Shown here one piece after another: positions 1-10,409 of a stretch of DNA of 64,000 nt. Source of the DNA: Bradymonadia bacterium (GTDB taxonomy: Bacteria > Myxococcota_A > Bradymonadia > UBA7976 > UBA1532); contig JBKAGE010000038.1 of NCBI GenBank assembly GCA_046290225.1, forward strand, positions 128,001 to 192,000. The letters are read 5' to 3'. Position numbers and translations under genes: made by a program. Under the pieces are notes generated by a model. That model was not told where the DNA came from, searched no databases, and worked only from the letters and a program-made list of their open reading frames with translations. Positions within the stretch are counted from its first letter, which is position 1. Each line of letters opens with the position of its first letter.

Positions 1-1419
1 CATCAGATCATCTTTGATGGCGAAATGCTGCTCCGTGAAGGATTCCATCATGCCCATCATGGCCATGGCCTCGGGGGGCAGATCTTTCATCACAGTCTTG
101 CTCGTGGCCACCTTGACGCCACTCACCTCATACGCCTCGGCGGTGTACTCCACCTTCACCCCGAGCTTCTCGTTGCTCGCCACGTAGACTGGATCGTTGT
201 AGAGCTTGCTCATCAAGCCTGGGAACTTGCTCCCCTGCCCCTGCTGCATGCGCATCATGGCGCTCAGCGCCAGACCGGTACCGCTGGGATCAGGGTGCGC
301 GGCGATCATCATCTCGTTGCCCAACAGCTTCATCACCTCGTCCATCGACGCGGCGAGGGCCTTACCCTGCTCAGGATCAGCTGCGACGGCGCTCATGATC
401 GACGTGGCGAACTTGGAGAGGGTCTCCATGGGCAACGTCATCGAAGTGAAGAAAGGAGACTCTGGGGGGAACTTGCCCACGAGCTGAACCGGCTTGCCCT
501 CAAGGCCCCGGAAAGTGCGGCTGAGCTCCGCCTCCAGCTTGGGGGCGAAGACCATCTTCAGCCCCGCTCCCTCGGCCCCGATGTCGAGGTTGACGTGCAG
601 CGCGCTGAGATCGCGCACGGCGGACTCCATGAAGTCCACAATGCCCTCCACCATGGCCTCAGCGGCGGGGTTCTGCATCTGCTTCAGGTTGCTGGTCATC
701 TCTGCGCGCATCTCGGTGAAGAAGGCCGCGATGGCGTCTTTGTGTACGGCGGCGATGTGGTCGAGCCGAACCACGAGCGAGCCCCCCTTGAGCAGGGCTG
801 CAGTGCTCAGTGACTCGAAGAAGCTCTTGAACTCTCCGAACTGCCCCGGATGGCGGGTCACCACCACGGACTTGCCGATGAAGTTGATGTAGACCGGCGG
901 TTTGGCACCCTCGTACTTGAGGTACGAGTAGGCGTTCCCCTCGTCCTTCTCTTTGAGGTACTTCTTGGGCAGTGAATCGACGAAGGCCTTCTGATCGCTG
1001 ATGGGCAACACCGCCGCCACCGGCGCCTTGGGGAACTTGGTGTTGTCGAAGACGGCCACCCGCATGGTGCCCTTCCCATCGAGGCCCTTGGGGCTGGTCA
1101 GGTAGAGCTCGGCCTGCAGCTGGCTCACCGCCTGCTCCTCCGCAGGCAACGCCTGGCCCGTGACCGCCTGCAACATCGCGCCGGCGCCGTTGAGGAACTC
1201 CGCGAGCCCCCCAGAGGTGCCGCCATAGGCCATGACCGATGCAGGCACCTCGAGGGTCTTCAGCTTGGGCGTTTTGGCCTTCTTCGGCGTCTCTACGCTC
1301 GCCTTCTTGGCCCCCTCCGCCGTCTTCTTGCCGCCCTCCTCGGGCTTCTTCCCGCACCCGGTCACCATCAACAGGCTCAGGGCAGCGGCCCCGATCAACT
1401 TGGTCCGACCCAATCGCAT
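1..1419 (-). CDS. Hypothetical lipoprotein, 3' end runs off the window
   Basis: Absent from the ORF track because no stop lies in the window. ATG at 1419 has GGAG upstream. Reads MRLGRTKLIGAAALSLLMVTGC-GKKPEEGG (lipobox VTGC), and the same frame reads QHFAIKDDLM at the window edge. Confidence 0.8.
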   Translation of the reverse strand, partial: MRLGRTKLIGAAALSLLMVTGCGKKPEEGGKKTAEGAKKASVETPKKAKTPKLKTLEVPASVMAYGGTSGGLAEFLNGAGAMLQAVTGQALPAEEQAVSQLQAELYLTSPKGLDGKGTMRVAVFDNTKFPKAPVAAVLPISDQKAFVDSLPKKYLKEKDEGNAYSYLKYEGAKPPVYINFIGKSVVVTRHPGQFGEFKSFFESLSTAALLKGGSLVVRLDHIAAVHKDAIAAFFTEMRAEMTSNLKQMQNPAAEAMVEGIVDFMESAVRDLSALHVNLDIGAEGAGLKMVFAPKLEAELSRTFRGLEGKPVQLVGKFPPESPFFTSMTLPMETLSKFATSIMSAVAADPEQGKALAASMDEVMKLLGNEMMIAAHPDPSGTGLALSAMMRMQQGQGSKFPGLMSKLYNDPVYVASNEKLGVKVEYTAEAYEVSGVKVATSKTVMKDLPPEAMAMMGMMESFTEQHFAIKDDLM

Positions 1420-1602
1420 CACCACTCCGTCTTCATCTCGAGGCGGCCTTAAAATTTGGCCGCGTCTGCACAGGCGCCGCGAAGCTCGCTCACATGCACA
1501 CTTCAGCGAACGTCGAGGCAATGGCCTCGGCAAACCTCTAACAAAACCGCACCAGCCTGTGTAGCGGAACAGCGCCACGGGCCTTCAGGAAGCTCGGCGC
1601 TC

Positions 1603-1632
1603 TTGACAGTGTAATCACAAGGTTGCTAATCG
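1603..1632 (+). promoter_or_regulatory. Putative sigma70-type promoter of the OmpA-family gene
   Basis: Perfect TTGACA at 1603-1608 followed by TGCTAATC at about 1624-1631; the -10 match is imperfect. Confidence 0.45.
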
Positions 1633-1705
1633 AGGCGGCCGCCTTGGGCTCATCGGAGCCCCTCGAGGCACCCAATCATTCCGCCTTCATTGCGAGGAGA
1701 ACGCC

Positions 1706-3307
1706 TTGCGCCGCGCTGGACGACTGTCTGCATTTCTTCTCCCGGCCCTCGTGTGGGCCGCCCCTGCCCACAGCCAGGTCCGCCCAGGGAGCGTCGAGCT
1801 CGGCGTCTACGGCGGTTACTGGGAGGGTGACGGGATCCTCAAAGATGCCCCCATCATCGGTGGGCGCATCATGTACAACCTGAGCCGCATCTTCGGCCTC
1901 GAGGTCTCGTACGGCTTCGTGCCCACCGAGGCTGAGCGTTTCGAAGACGTGCCCACGGCCGGCGGCCTCACCCGCCAGGCCGTGACCGAGGATCAGAACG
2001 TCCACGAGACCTCTCTGAACCTGGTCGTGCACCTCAGCGACACCGTGATCACCCCCTACATCAGCGTGGGTGCCGACATGGTGAACGCCGAGGAGACGAG
2101 CTTCGGCCCCAACGTGGCCCTCGGCGCCAAGTACTACATGACCGAGGATCTCTCGCTCCGCGCCGACGTGCGGGCCTACTTCAGCGAGGATGATCAGTTC
2201 GGCAACAGCTTCTTCCACTCCGAGGCCACCCTGGGCCTGGGGTACCAGCTGGGCGGCGACTACGACATCGACAACGACGGCATCAAGAACGTCGACGATC
2301 AGTGCAAGACCAAGCCTGAGGACAAGGACGGCTTCGAAGACAGCGACGGCTGTCCTGAGCCCGATAACGATCAGGACGGCATCAAAGACGTCGACGACAA
2401 GTGTCCCAACGAGAAAGAGGATGCTGACGGCGATGCCGACGAGGACGGCTGCCCCGATCTCGACAAGGACGGCGACGGCGTCGACGACAAGGTCGACCAG
2501 TGCGTTGACACCCCCGAGGACAAGGACGGCTTCGAAGACGAGGACGGCTGCCCCGAGGATGACAACGACAAGGACGGCATCAAGGACGCCGAGGACAAGT
2601 GCCCCAACGAGGCCGAGGACAAGGACGGCTTCGAGGACACTGACGGTTGCCCCGACACCGACAATGACAAGGACAGCATCCTCGACACTGCGGACAAGTG
2701 CCCCGACGGCGCCGAGGATAAGGATGGCTTCCAGGACGAAGACGGCTGTCCTGATCCGGACAACGATCACGACGGCGTGCTCGACGCTGACGACAAGTGC
2801 CCCGCTGAAAAAGAGGTCATCAACGGCTTCGAAGACGAAGATGGCTGCCCCGACAAGGGTGCCTCCAAGGTGAAGATCACCCGCGAGGGCATCGAGATCC
2901 TGGAGCAGGTCTACTTCGAGAATGGCAAGGCTGTCATCAAGACCAAGAGCCTTGTCCTGCTCAACCAGGTGGCCCTCACCCTGAATGCCGCCGACTACGT
3001 GAAGAAGGTGGAGGTCCAGGGCCACACCGACGACCGCGGCAAGGATGCCGCGAACATGGAGCTCTCCCAGAAGCGCGCCGAGGCTGTCCGTGATTACCTC
3101 ACCAGCCGCGGCATCGCTGGCGATCGCCTCATCGCCAAGGGCTACGGCGAGACGCAGCCCATCGCCTCGAACAAGACCCGCAAGGGCCGGGCGACGAACC
3201 GCCGCGTGGCCTTCGTGATTCTCGAGCAGAAGCTCGTGGAAGAGGTCGAGGTGCCTGCTGAGAGCGGTAAGCCCGCTGAAGAGGCCCCCAAGAAGGAAGA
3301 GAAGTAA
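1706..3307 (+). CDS. OmpA-family outer-membrane protein: N-terminal beta-barrel, thrombospondin type-3 (Ca-binding) repeats, OmpA peptidoglycan-binding domain
   Basis: AGGAG before a TTG start, signal peptide, amphipathic beta-strands, DxDxDGxxDxxDxCP repeats, and C-terminal VEVQGHTD...LSQKRAEAV...GYGETQPIASN...NRRV. Confidence 0.93.
   Translation: MRRAGRLSAFLLPALVWAAPAHSQVRPGSVELGVYGGYWEGDGILKDAPIIGGRIMYNLSRIFGLEVSYGFVPTEAERFEDVPTAGGLTRQAVTEDQNVHETSLNLVVHLSDTVITPYISVGADMVNAEETSFGPNVALGAKYYMTEDLSLRADVRAYFSEDDQFGNSFFHSEATLGLGYQLGGDYDIDNDGIKNVDDQCKTKPEDKDGFEDSDGCPEPDNDQDGIKDVDDKCPNEKEDADGDADEDGCPDLDKDGDGVDDKVDQCVDTPEDKDGFEDEDGCPEDDNDKDGIKDAEDKCPNEAEDKDGFEDTDGCPDTDNDKDSILDTADKCPDGAEDKDGFQDEDGCPDPDNDHDGVLDADDKCPAEKEVINGFEDEDGCPDKGASKVKITREGIEILEQVYFENGKAVIKTKSLVLLNQVALTLNAADYVKKVEVQGHTDDRGKDAANMELSQKRAEAVRDYLTSRGIAGDRLIAKGYGETQPIASNKTRKGRATNRRVAFVILEQKLVEEVEVPAESGKPAEEAPKKEEK
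2264..2857 (+). repeat. Six 99-bp (33-aa) intragenic TSP3-like tandem repeats
   Basis: Units of the type DNDKDGIKDAEDKCPNEAEDKDGFEDTDGCPDT occur six times. Confidence 0.9.
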
Positions 3308-3382
3308 GCACGCTTCTCCCTGCCCCTCGCCCGCTTCAGGGCGCCATTCTCCCTCTCACATCTGATGGCCCGGCTCTGACCT

Positions 3383-3817
3383 GTTGAGCGGACGGCCGTG
3401 CTTGCGCACCGCCTGTAGCGGACGGTCATCGCCTTGCGGCGACAGCCTGTGGCGGGCGCCTGAACCAGCTGTGCTGGTACAGAGCTGTAGCGGACGCCGA
3501 GTCTGCCTCCGGCAGCCTGAGCTGTAGCTTTTTTAAAGAGTTATGGTGTGCCTGGTGGGTTTCTCAACCCAGGTAGGGGCTTACGCTGGAACTGGTGCGT
3601 CAGGGCCAACTGCGTCTGCGGTAGATGAATCCACACACACCCCCCTCAACTGATCTTCAAAAGGCTACAGGGAATTTGCCGAAGGCAAATGAGCGTCCGC
3701 TACAGCTTTGCACCGGCGTAAGCCGGGGCAGGCGTCCGCTACAGACGCAGCGCAGCTGGGTCGTCCGCTACAGGCGGTGCCAAAGGCACGAAAGCTTTAG
3801 CTGGCCGTCCGCTCTAC
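3383..3817. repeat. Long imperfect palindrome with internal CTGTAGCGGACG repeats (MITE-like element or structured RNA)
   Basis: Nested inverted pairs: 3386-3397/3803-3814 (12/12), 3406-3424/3762-3780 (19/19), 3445-3462/3729-3746, 3473-3497/3693-3717, 3522-3543/3648-3670. Confidence 0.85.
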
Positions 3818-6800
3818 TTAACGACGATCTCACCCTCTTCAGTGAGCTCCACCATTTTGGTGATCGTGCCGTCTTTCTCGACGTTGAGCTTCAGCTCCGT
3901 CCGCGCCCGGGTCTCCTCGTCGAAGATCACCAGCTTCTGCTCGCCTTCTTCGATGGGGTGGTCCACCACTGGGGTCTTGCCGATCTCTTTGTTCCCCACA
4001 TAGACCGTGAGCTTCTGCTTCTTTTTGGCAGGCTTCACCGTCAGTTTGCCGAAGAACTTCGCCGGCGCGGTCATGCGGATGTAGATCGTGTAGTGGCTCT
4101 CCACCACATCGAGATCCCACTCCGCAGGATCATAGCCGTCGAGCTCAGCCCGGAGACGCAGCGGCGTATTCGGCTTGCGGCTCACCCGGAGTGGCTCGCG
4201 GCCACCAGCACGGCCCAGGGGCACCTTCGCGCCGGGCTCACTCATATCGAAGACCAGCGCCCCTGAGGGGATCGTCTCCACCATGATCGTCGACAGGGCC
4301 CTCGGGCCAGCATCAGGGACCATCCGGATGGCGATGTTCCGGTTCTCTTTCTCGCTCACCTTGAACCGTACGTGTTGAGGGTAGAAACCCTCCTTCGTCA
4401 GCTTCAGGCTGATGTCGTTGCGGGCACCCACCCGTGGGAAGCTCTTGGGGGTCTCACCCACGGCAGTGCCATTGATCTCGATTTGAGCACCCTCAGGGGC
4501 CGTCTCGACCTTCAAAGCGCCAAAGGCAGGCAAGCCTTCCTTCAGCTTGAAGTCGACATCAGCACCACCCTCGGCCACCTGAACCCTGCGCTCCGCGGGC
4601 AAAAAGCCGCCCAGCAGGACACGGACCGTCGAGGGACGGCCAACATAGGTCTCCACTGAGGTGGGCGTCTTGCCATCGAGCAAGTTGCCATTCACCACCA
4701 CCCGAGCGCCGAGGGGCTCACTGGTGATGCGCAGGATCGCCTTTCGAAGAGGCGGTGGTGGCGGTGCCTCTGTTGTCTGGCCCAGCTTTGGTTGCTCGAA
4801 GATGTTTGCAGTCTTGCCGAGCTTCGGCCCTTCGGTCTGGGTCATCAGGTAGTACAAACCGAAGCCGCCACCAGCCACCAGCAGCAGGATCACCAGGCCT
4901 GCGTAGCTGCGTCGAATGCGCAGCGACATCGAGAGGCTGCGCTCAGTCGGGGGTGGGTTCGACGGCTTGTTCTGAGCCTGCTTCTCTGCATCGGAGGCAG
5001 CAGTCAGATCAGGAGGCATCAGCAAAGCGCTCGCAGAGAGACGCGCTGACTCACCCGACCCCTTCACAGCAGACTCAGGGATCCGCATAGGCTGCTCTTG
5101 CGCTGCAGGAGAGGTCTGAGTCGCCGGTTGCACGGCGGGCGGAGCTGAAACAGGCGGCTGGGCAGCAGGCGGTGGGACAGGCTCTGACTGCATGGGGGCC
5201 GTGCGCCGCGGGTTGGGCGTCTCGAAGACAGGGATCTCCGGGCTCGGCGTCTGCTCGACCAGCGGCTGCTCGGGCGGTGCGGACACAGCGGGGCCCGCCG
5301 GGGTCTCTGTAGAGAGCTCGGCGATCAGACCAGTGGCAGGCGCCACAGGCGCTGCAGCAGGCTCCATCACAGTAGGGCCTTCCATGGGCCCGGGCTGGGG
5401 CGGAGGCGGATCGAGGAGCGGGTTGATCTCATCTGCCGAGGCCACCACGGTCACCACGGCCTCGGTGGCTGGACCTGGGGCCATCTCTGTGGGCGCCTCG
5501 AGATTCAGCGCCTGCTCTTCAGCAGAAGCAGGCATCGGTGCAGGGGCGCCCAAGTCGGGGGCGATGCTGGGGGCGATGTCGGCCTCGGGCACATCGAGGG
5601 AGGCCACCATCTCCGTCCTCGAATCGTCGAGTTCTACAGACTCGAGCATCGAGCCCGGCCCTGATGCCTGGGCAGGCTGAGCGCTCTCTGCCTGCTCTGG
5701 CTCCGATGCAGCAACTCCAGATGCAGTCGCTCCAGATGCCGTCGCTCCAGATGCTTCAGGCCCAGGTGCAGCCTCGGGATCTGGGGTCGCCTCGAGCAGC
5801 GCCGAAGGGATCGTCGAAAGCTGCGTGTCTCCAGTCGGGAAACCTTCCGCTGGGGTCATACCCGGCAACGCGGACTCGGCGTTCGAGTCAGTGGCCGGCA
5901 GGCTGGGTGATGGCTCCAACAAGTTGACCAGACCACCGGCAGGCTCACTCGCACGGGCCCGCTCGAGTTCCAGCGTCTCTCGGAAGAGGGTCTGCATGTA
6001 GTTGGCCAGCATGCCCGCGGTGGAGCGCATGCCTTCACCGGCGAGGAAGTCCTCCAGGGCGATCTGCATCGCCCGAGCATCCGGGTAGCGCGCCTCGGGA
6101 TCACGGGCGAGCGCCCGCATGATCACCTTCTCTAGGCGTTCGGGGAATTCGGGGTTCACCGAGCGAGGGGGCGGCACCTCGCACTGGGCCACCACGGCGA
6201 GTGTGTCTTCACCATCGGTGCCACGGAACAAGCGGCGGCCTACAGTGATCTCGTAGAGGTTGATGCCTGCAGCGAAGACGTCGGCCCGGGCGTCGACAGG
6301 GGCCTGAGTCACCTGCTCCGGCGACATGTAGCCAGCCTTGCCGGCGATCATCCCCGTGATCTCCTGAGGGCTCGAGGCATCTCGAGCGACCCCGAAGTCC
6401 ACCAGCTTCACCCCGCCGTCGAAGGTCACCAGGATGTTCGTGGGGGTGACGTCTTGATGCACGATGCCCAGGGCTTTGCCCTCTTTGTCCGATCGCGTGT
6501 GTGCGTAATGCAACGCATCGAGCACCTCGGCGACCACCCTCACGGCATGCTGGAGCGGCAGATAGTTGCCCTCAGCGATGCCCTGTGAGCAGACTCGGCG
6601 CAGGTCGACGCCATGGACGTATTCCATGGCGATGTAGTAGTCGTCCTGCTCACGTCCGAGATCGAAAATCTGGGCGATGTTGGGGTGGGTCAGCGCTGCT
6701 GCGATGCGCCCCTCTTCGAGGAACATCTGCACGCGATCGTCCTGCGACGCGAAGTTCGGCAGCAGGCGCTTGACCACGACCTCTTTTTCGAAGCCGCCCA

Positions 6801-6894
6801 TGCCTCCCTGACGGGCCAGAAAGATTTCCGCCATCCCCCCAGTCGCGAGGCGTCGCAGAAGGGTGTATTTACCAAATTGCTGCGGAAACTCCAT
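3814..6894 (-). CDS. Membrane Ser/Thr (Hanks-type) protein kinase with Pro/Ala-rich linker and C-terminal PEGA domains
   Basis: LATGGMAEIF, VVKR, HQDVTPTN, DFG, GYMSPE, DVFAAG; one TM helix (YAGLVILLLVAGGGFGLYYL); PEGA-like units ITSEPLGARVVVNG and VETAPEGAQIEING. Start is 6894 or 6912. Confidence 0.92.
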   Translation of the reverse strand: MEFPQQFGKYTLLRRLATGGMAEIFLARQGGMGGFEKEVVVKRLLPNFASQDDRVQMFLEEGRIAAALTHPNIAQIFDLGREQDDYYIAMEYVHGVDLRRVCSQGIAEGNYLPLQHAVRVVAEVLDALHYAHTRSDKEGKALGIVHQDVTPTNILVTFDGGVKLVDFGVARDASSPQEITGMIAGKAGYMSPEQVTQAPVDARADVFAAGINLYEITVGRRLFRGTDGEDTLAVVAQCEVPPPRSVNPEFPERLEKVIMRALARDPEARYPDARAMQIALEDFLAGEGMRSTAGMLANYMQTLFRETLELERARASEPAGGLVNLLEPSPSLPATDSNAESALPGMTPAEGFPTGDTQLSTIPSALLEATPDPEAAPGPEASGATASGATASGVAASEPEQAESAQPAQASGPGSMLESVELDDSRTEMVASLDVPEADIAPSIAPDLGAPAPMPASAEEQALNLEAPTEMAPGPATEAVVTVVASADEINPLLDPPPPQPGPMEGPTVMEPAAAPVAPATGLIAELSTETPAGPAVSAPPEQPLVEQTPSPEIPVFETPNPRRTAPMQSEPVPPPAAQPPVSAPPAVQPATQTSPAAQEQPMRIPESAVKGSGESARLSASALLMPPDLTAASDAEKQAQNKPSNPPPTERSLSMSLRIRRSYAGLVILLLVAGGGFGLYYLMTQTEGPKLGKTANIFEQPKLGQTTEAPPPPPLRKAILRITSEPLGARVVVNGNLLDGKTPTSVETYVGRPSTVRVLLGGFLPAERRVQVAEGGADVDFKLKEGLPAFGALKVETAPEGAQIEINGTAVGETPKSFPRVGARNDISLKLTKEGFYPQHVRFKVSEKENRNIAIRMVPDAGPRALSTIMVETIPSGALVFDMSEPGAKVPLGRAGGREPLRVSRKPNTPLRLRAELDGYDPAEWDLDVVESHYTIYIRMTAPAKFFGKLTVKPAKKKQKLTVYVGNKEIGKTPVVDHPIEEGEQKLVIFDEETRARTELKLNVEKDGTITKMVELTEEGEIVVK

Positions 6895-7099
6895 GGGCAA
6901 AAGGCCCCTCATAACAACCTTGAAATCAAGGGGAATCCTATGAGCGCCAGCGTTGTAGTGTCAAAAGAAATGCCCCAGTGGTTTCAGGAAAGCCCTGCAT
7001 TTAACTTGACATTTGTTCAGTGCAACACCATGCTCCCCTCATCGCCCCCGAACAGAGCCCTGAAAAATCAGGGTCATGCTCATCACCAGGGAGAGTGCG

Positions 7100-8326
7100 A
7101 TGCAGAGTGAAATCTTGATCATTGGTGATGAGCTGCTCGATGGCCGAGTGAGTGATTTGCACACAGCAACCATCGCTCACCACCTCGAGCCCCTCGGCCT
7201 GACCATCAATCGACAGCAGGCTCTGCCCGATCATTTGGAGACGCTGCAGACAGCATTTGTGGAGATCTCCGAGCGCGCAGAGTTGTGCATTGTCACTGGT
7301 GGTCTCGGCCCGACCTCTGATGATCTGACTGTGGCTGCCTTTGCTGCTGCAGCCCAGGTCTCACTCGCCGAAGACGCCGAGACCTGGCAACACATCGTCA
7401 CGCGCTATGCCCCAGCCCTGCCTCCGGAGACCAACCGCAAGCAGGCGCTGGTGCCTGAGGGTGCCACCGTGTTGGCGACATCTGTGGGCACCGCACCGGG
7501 TCTCGTGGCTCGCTTCGGTCGCTGCACCTTCTTCCTCTTGCCCGGGGTGCCTCGGGAGATGCACTGGCATTTGGAAGAGCATGTCCGCCCAGCTCTTGCG
7601 CGGATGATAGACGAGGGCCAGCTCCAAAGTGCCCCATCAGCCCACCAACGCACCCTCACCTTCGTCACTGTGGGTGAGTCTGCTCTCGCTGAGGGCGTGG
7701 CATCGTTGGGGCTCGGTGATCACATCCAGCTCAGCTATCTCGCCCACCCCATGGGCGTCGATGTTCGCCTGCAGAGTACGGAGCTGGATGCGATCAATCA
7801 TGCCGCAGAGGCCATCATCGCTCAGCACCCCGATGCCTTCCTCAGCGACGACGGCACGGGTCTTGTCGAGGCTCTACTTCAGCGCCTCAAGGGTCGCAAG
7901 CTCACGGCAGGCACCGCAGAGAGCTGCACAGGTGGCCTGGTTGCAGGTGCGCTCACCGCGATCCCAGGCAGCTCCGCAGTGGTCCTCGGTGGCATCGTGG
8001 CCTACAGCAACAGCGTCAAGATGGCCCGCCTCGCCGTGCCCGAAGCCGTCCTCATCGAGCACGGCGCCGTGAGCGAGCCCTGTGCTGCCGCTATGGCTCG
8101 AGGTGCTCGCGAAGCGCTGGGGTGTGATGTCGCCATGTCCATCACCGGCATTGCCGGTCCTGGCGGCGGCACCGCCGAGAAGCCGGTGGGCACAGTCTGT
8201 TTCGGCTGGTCCGGGCCCGACTTCGATCGCACCCAGACCCATCTGTTTCGCGGTGATCGCGAAGCGGTACGGCGCAAGTCCATGGTGTGGGCCCTCGCCG
8301 GCCTCTGGCGGGAGGTGGGGCGATGA
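7100..8326 (+). CDS. cinA: Competence/damage-inducible protein CinA (MoCF-like domain plus NMN deamidase PncC domain)
   Basis: IGDELLDG, TGGLGPTSDDLT, LPGVPREM, TAESCTGG, SITGIAGPGGG; lies upstream of recA. Confidence 0.95.
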   Translation: MQSEILIIGDELLDGRVSDLHTATIAHHLEPLGLTINRQQALPDHLETLQTAFVEISERAELCIVTGGLGPTSDDLTVAAFAAAAQVSLAEDAETWQHIVTRYAPALPPETNRKQALVPEGATVLATSVGTAPGLVARFGRCTFFLLPGVPREMHWHLEEHVRPALARMIDEGQLQSAPSAHQRTLTFVTVGESALAEGVASLGLGDHIQLSYLAHPMGVDVRLQSTELDAINHAAEAIIAQHPDAFLSDDGTGLVEALLQRLKGRKLTAGTAESCTGGLVAGALTAIPGSSAVVLGGIVAYSNSVKMARLAVPEAVLIEHGAVSEPCAAAMARGAREALGCDVAMSITGIAGPGGGTAEKPVGTVCFGWSGPDFDRTQTHLFRGDREAVRRKSMVWALAGLWREVGR

Positions 8327-9207
8327 GCCAGTTCCAACTGCATCTCATGCTCAGCGGGTCCATCACTGGCGCGTTGCAGCAGGTTCAGAAGCGGATGAGC
8401 CGGTTTGCTTCAGAGCAAGGCCTGAAGTGGCGTGGCACCCCCCGGGGGGCGCTCTCGGTCGTCTCCATCAGCTTCGAGCCGTGTGCCCCCGAGGCTGGCG
8501 AAGCGCTTTACGTTGCCTGTCACAGGGCAGAGCCTCGTGCAGTACAGCTCGACGTCAGCGGCTGGTCCCTCGTCGAGGGCGCCAACGGCCAGTGGCAGTG
8601 CATCGCCAGCGTAGAGGGCGCAGCAGCTGTCACTGAACAGCGCACCAGCCTCCTCGAACACATCACCCCTTACGGTTTCACCCCCATCGATGATCCCCGT
8701 GGGGCCTACATCCTCGTGGGCGTATTGCACGCGTCCGGAAAAGGAGAACCGATTGATCCCACCCTGCTCCCCCAAGGCGATGGTCCGTTGGGCACTTGCT
8801 CCACCGAAGCCCTCGCCCTGATCGAGTGCACCGAGCCCGATGCGCACCGGCAGATCTGGTCCCTGGCCCACAGTCAGAGTTCAGAGCGCGCATCCGTTGA
8901 AGGTGACGCAGTGCGTCAGCAGATCTCTGCCGCTCTCGATCGCCGTATCGCTCGTTATGCCCAGACGCGGCGACGTCGTCCCACGACGGGGCGCCCTGGC
9001 GGAAAGCGCCCACGGGCTCAACCGTCCAGGGAACAGTCAGCCCGGGGCCAGCACCCCAAAGCGAAGCGACCGAGAAACAACCCGGCAAACCAGACCCCGT
9101 CCAAAGCGCCGGAGCGCAGCCGCGCCGCCGGGCAGGACGAACAAAAAACACAGCCTTCGCGGCGCAGACGCCGCCGACGGCCCAATAAACCTCGTAACCC
9201 CTCATGA
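8323..9207 (+). CDS. Hypothetical protein: probable degenerate 2H phosphoesterase (ThpR/LigT-like) with an Arg-rich disordered tail
   Basis: ATGA overlap with the cinA stop, GGAGG RBS, and the usual thpR position between cinA and recA; HxT/S motifs are not visible. Confidence 0.6.
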   Translation: MSQFQLHLMLSGSITGALQQVQKRMSRFASEQGLKWRGTPRGALSVVSISFEPCAPEAGEALYVACHRAEPRAVQLDVSGWSLVEGANGQWQCIASVEGAAAVTEQRTSLLEHITPYGFTPIDDPRGAYILVGVLHASGKGEPIDPTLLPQGDGPLGTCSTEALALIECTEPDAHRQIWSLAHSQSSERASVEGDAVRQQISAALDRRIARYAQTRRRRPTTGRPGGKRPRAQPSREQSARGQHPKAKRPRNNPANQTPSKAPERSRAAGQDEQKTQPSRRRRRRRPNKPRNPS

Positions 9208-9239
9208 GAACGGGCGCTCGGCGCCCAAGGAGAAGCAGC

Positions 9240-10292
9240 ATGCCTCGCGGTCAAAAAGAGCCCAACAAGGATCAGGCCCTCGCCCTCGCAGTGAGCGCCA
9301 TCGAGAAGCAGTTCGGCAAAGGTTCCATCATGCGCCTCGGCGAGGGTGACAACCTCGTCAAGGACATCCAGGTCGTGCCCAGTGGCGGCCTCGCCCTGGA
9401 CATCGCCCTCGGCATTGGCGGGTTCCCCCGTGGGCGGATCATCGAGATCTATGGCCCTGAGTCCAGCGGTAAGACCACGCTGACCCTGCACGCTGTGGCC
9501 GAGGCCCAGAAGCTCGGCGGTGTCGCCGCCTTCATCGACGCCGAGCACGCCCTCGACATCAACTACGCCCGCAAGCTGGGGGTGAACACCGACGAGCTGC
9601 TCATCTCCCAGCCTGACACCGGTGAGCAGGCCCTCGAGATCGCCGACATGCTGGTGCGCTCTGGCGCCATCGATTGTCTGGTCATCGACTCCGTCGCCGC
9701 GCTCGTGCCCAAGGCCGAGATCGAGGGTGATATGGGCGACAGCCACGTGGGTCTCCAGGCCCGCCTGATGTCGCAGGCTCTGCGGAAGCTCACCGGCAGC
9801 ATCAACCGCAGCCACACCGCCGTGTTCTTCATCAACCAGATCCGCATGAAGATCGGGGTGATGTTCGGCAGCCCCGAGACCACCACTGGTGGTAACGCGC
9901 TCAAATTCTACGCCTCTCAGCGACTCGACATCCGTCGAATCGGGGCCATCAAAGATGCCGGTGAGGCCATCGGCAACCGGACCCGGGTCAAGGTGGTCAA
10001 GAACAAGCTGGCGCCTCCCTTCAAGGAGGCCGAGTTCGACATCATGTACGGCAAGGGCATCAGCAAGTCCGGTGACGTGCTCGATCTCGCCGTCGCAGCC
10101 AACATCGTCGACAAGTCCGGTGCCTGGTACAGCTACGAGCGGGAGCGCATTGGTCAGGGCCGTGAGAACTCCAAGAAGTTCCTCGAAGAGAACGTCGATC
10201 TCATGAACGAGATCGAAGCCAAGGTGCTCGCCCACCACGGCATCGCTGGCCGTGCCGGCTCTGCGGAGCAGTCTGCAGAGAGCGAGGGCTGA
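9240..10292 (+). CDS. recA: Recombinase RecA
   Basis: [62 protein letters not shown]. Confidence 0.99.
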   Translation: MPRGQKEPNKDQALALAVSAIEKQFGKGSIMRLGEGDNLVKDIQVVPSGGLALDIALGIGGFPRGRIIEIYGPESSGKTTLTLHAVAEAQKLGGVAAFIDAEHALDINYARKLGVNTDELLISQPDTGEQALEIADMLVRSGAIDCLVIDSVAALVPKAEIEGDMGDSHVGLQARLMSQALRKLTGSINRSHTAVFFINQIRMKIGVMFGSPETTTGGNALKFYASQRLDIRRIGAIKDAGEAIGNRTRVKVVKNKLAPPFKEAEFDIMYGKGISKSGDVLDLAVAANIVDKSGAWYSYERERIGQGRENSKKFLEENVDLMNEIEAKVLAHHGIAGRAGSAEQSAESEG

Positions 10293-10409
10293 TCAGGCAG
10301 AGCGATCTGCCCCACAGCCCCAGCCTGCTCACACCGTGTGAGGCCCGCTGTTCTGGCAGTGCCTCATAGGCCATCAACCCTCGCCTGTCGGTGTGCTAGT
10401 CTCCCCTCC

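Noticed and set aside
25..1564. ORF-track calls 25..813, 659..1357, 1232..1564 and similar
   Set aside because: Shadows or alternative frames of the truncated minus-strand lipoprotein gene 1..1419.
3383..3817. Possible CRISPR array (periodic repeat with variable spacers)
   Set aside because: The repeat is only ~12 bp, switches orientation midway, the spacers pair between arms, and no cas genes are present.
3625..4266. 213-aa plus-strand ORF crossing the palindrome
   Set aside because: It overlaps the kinase 3' end antisense and the repeat element, and shows no protein-like features or transposase motifs.
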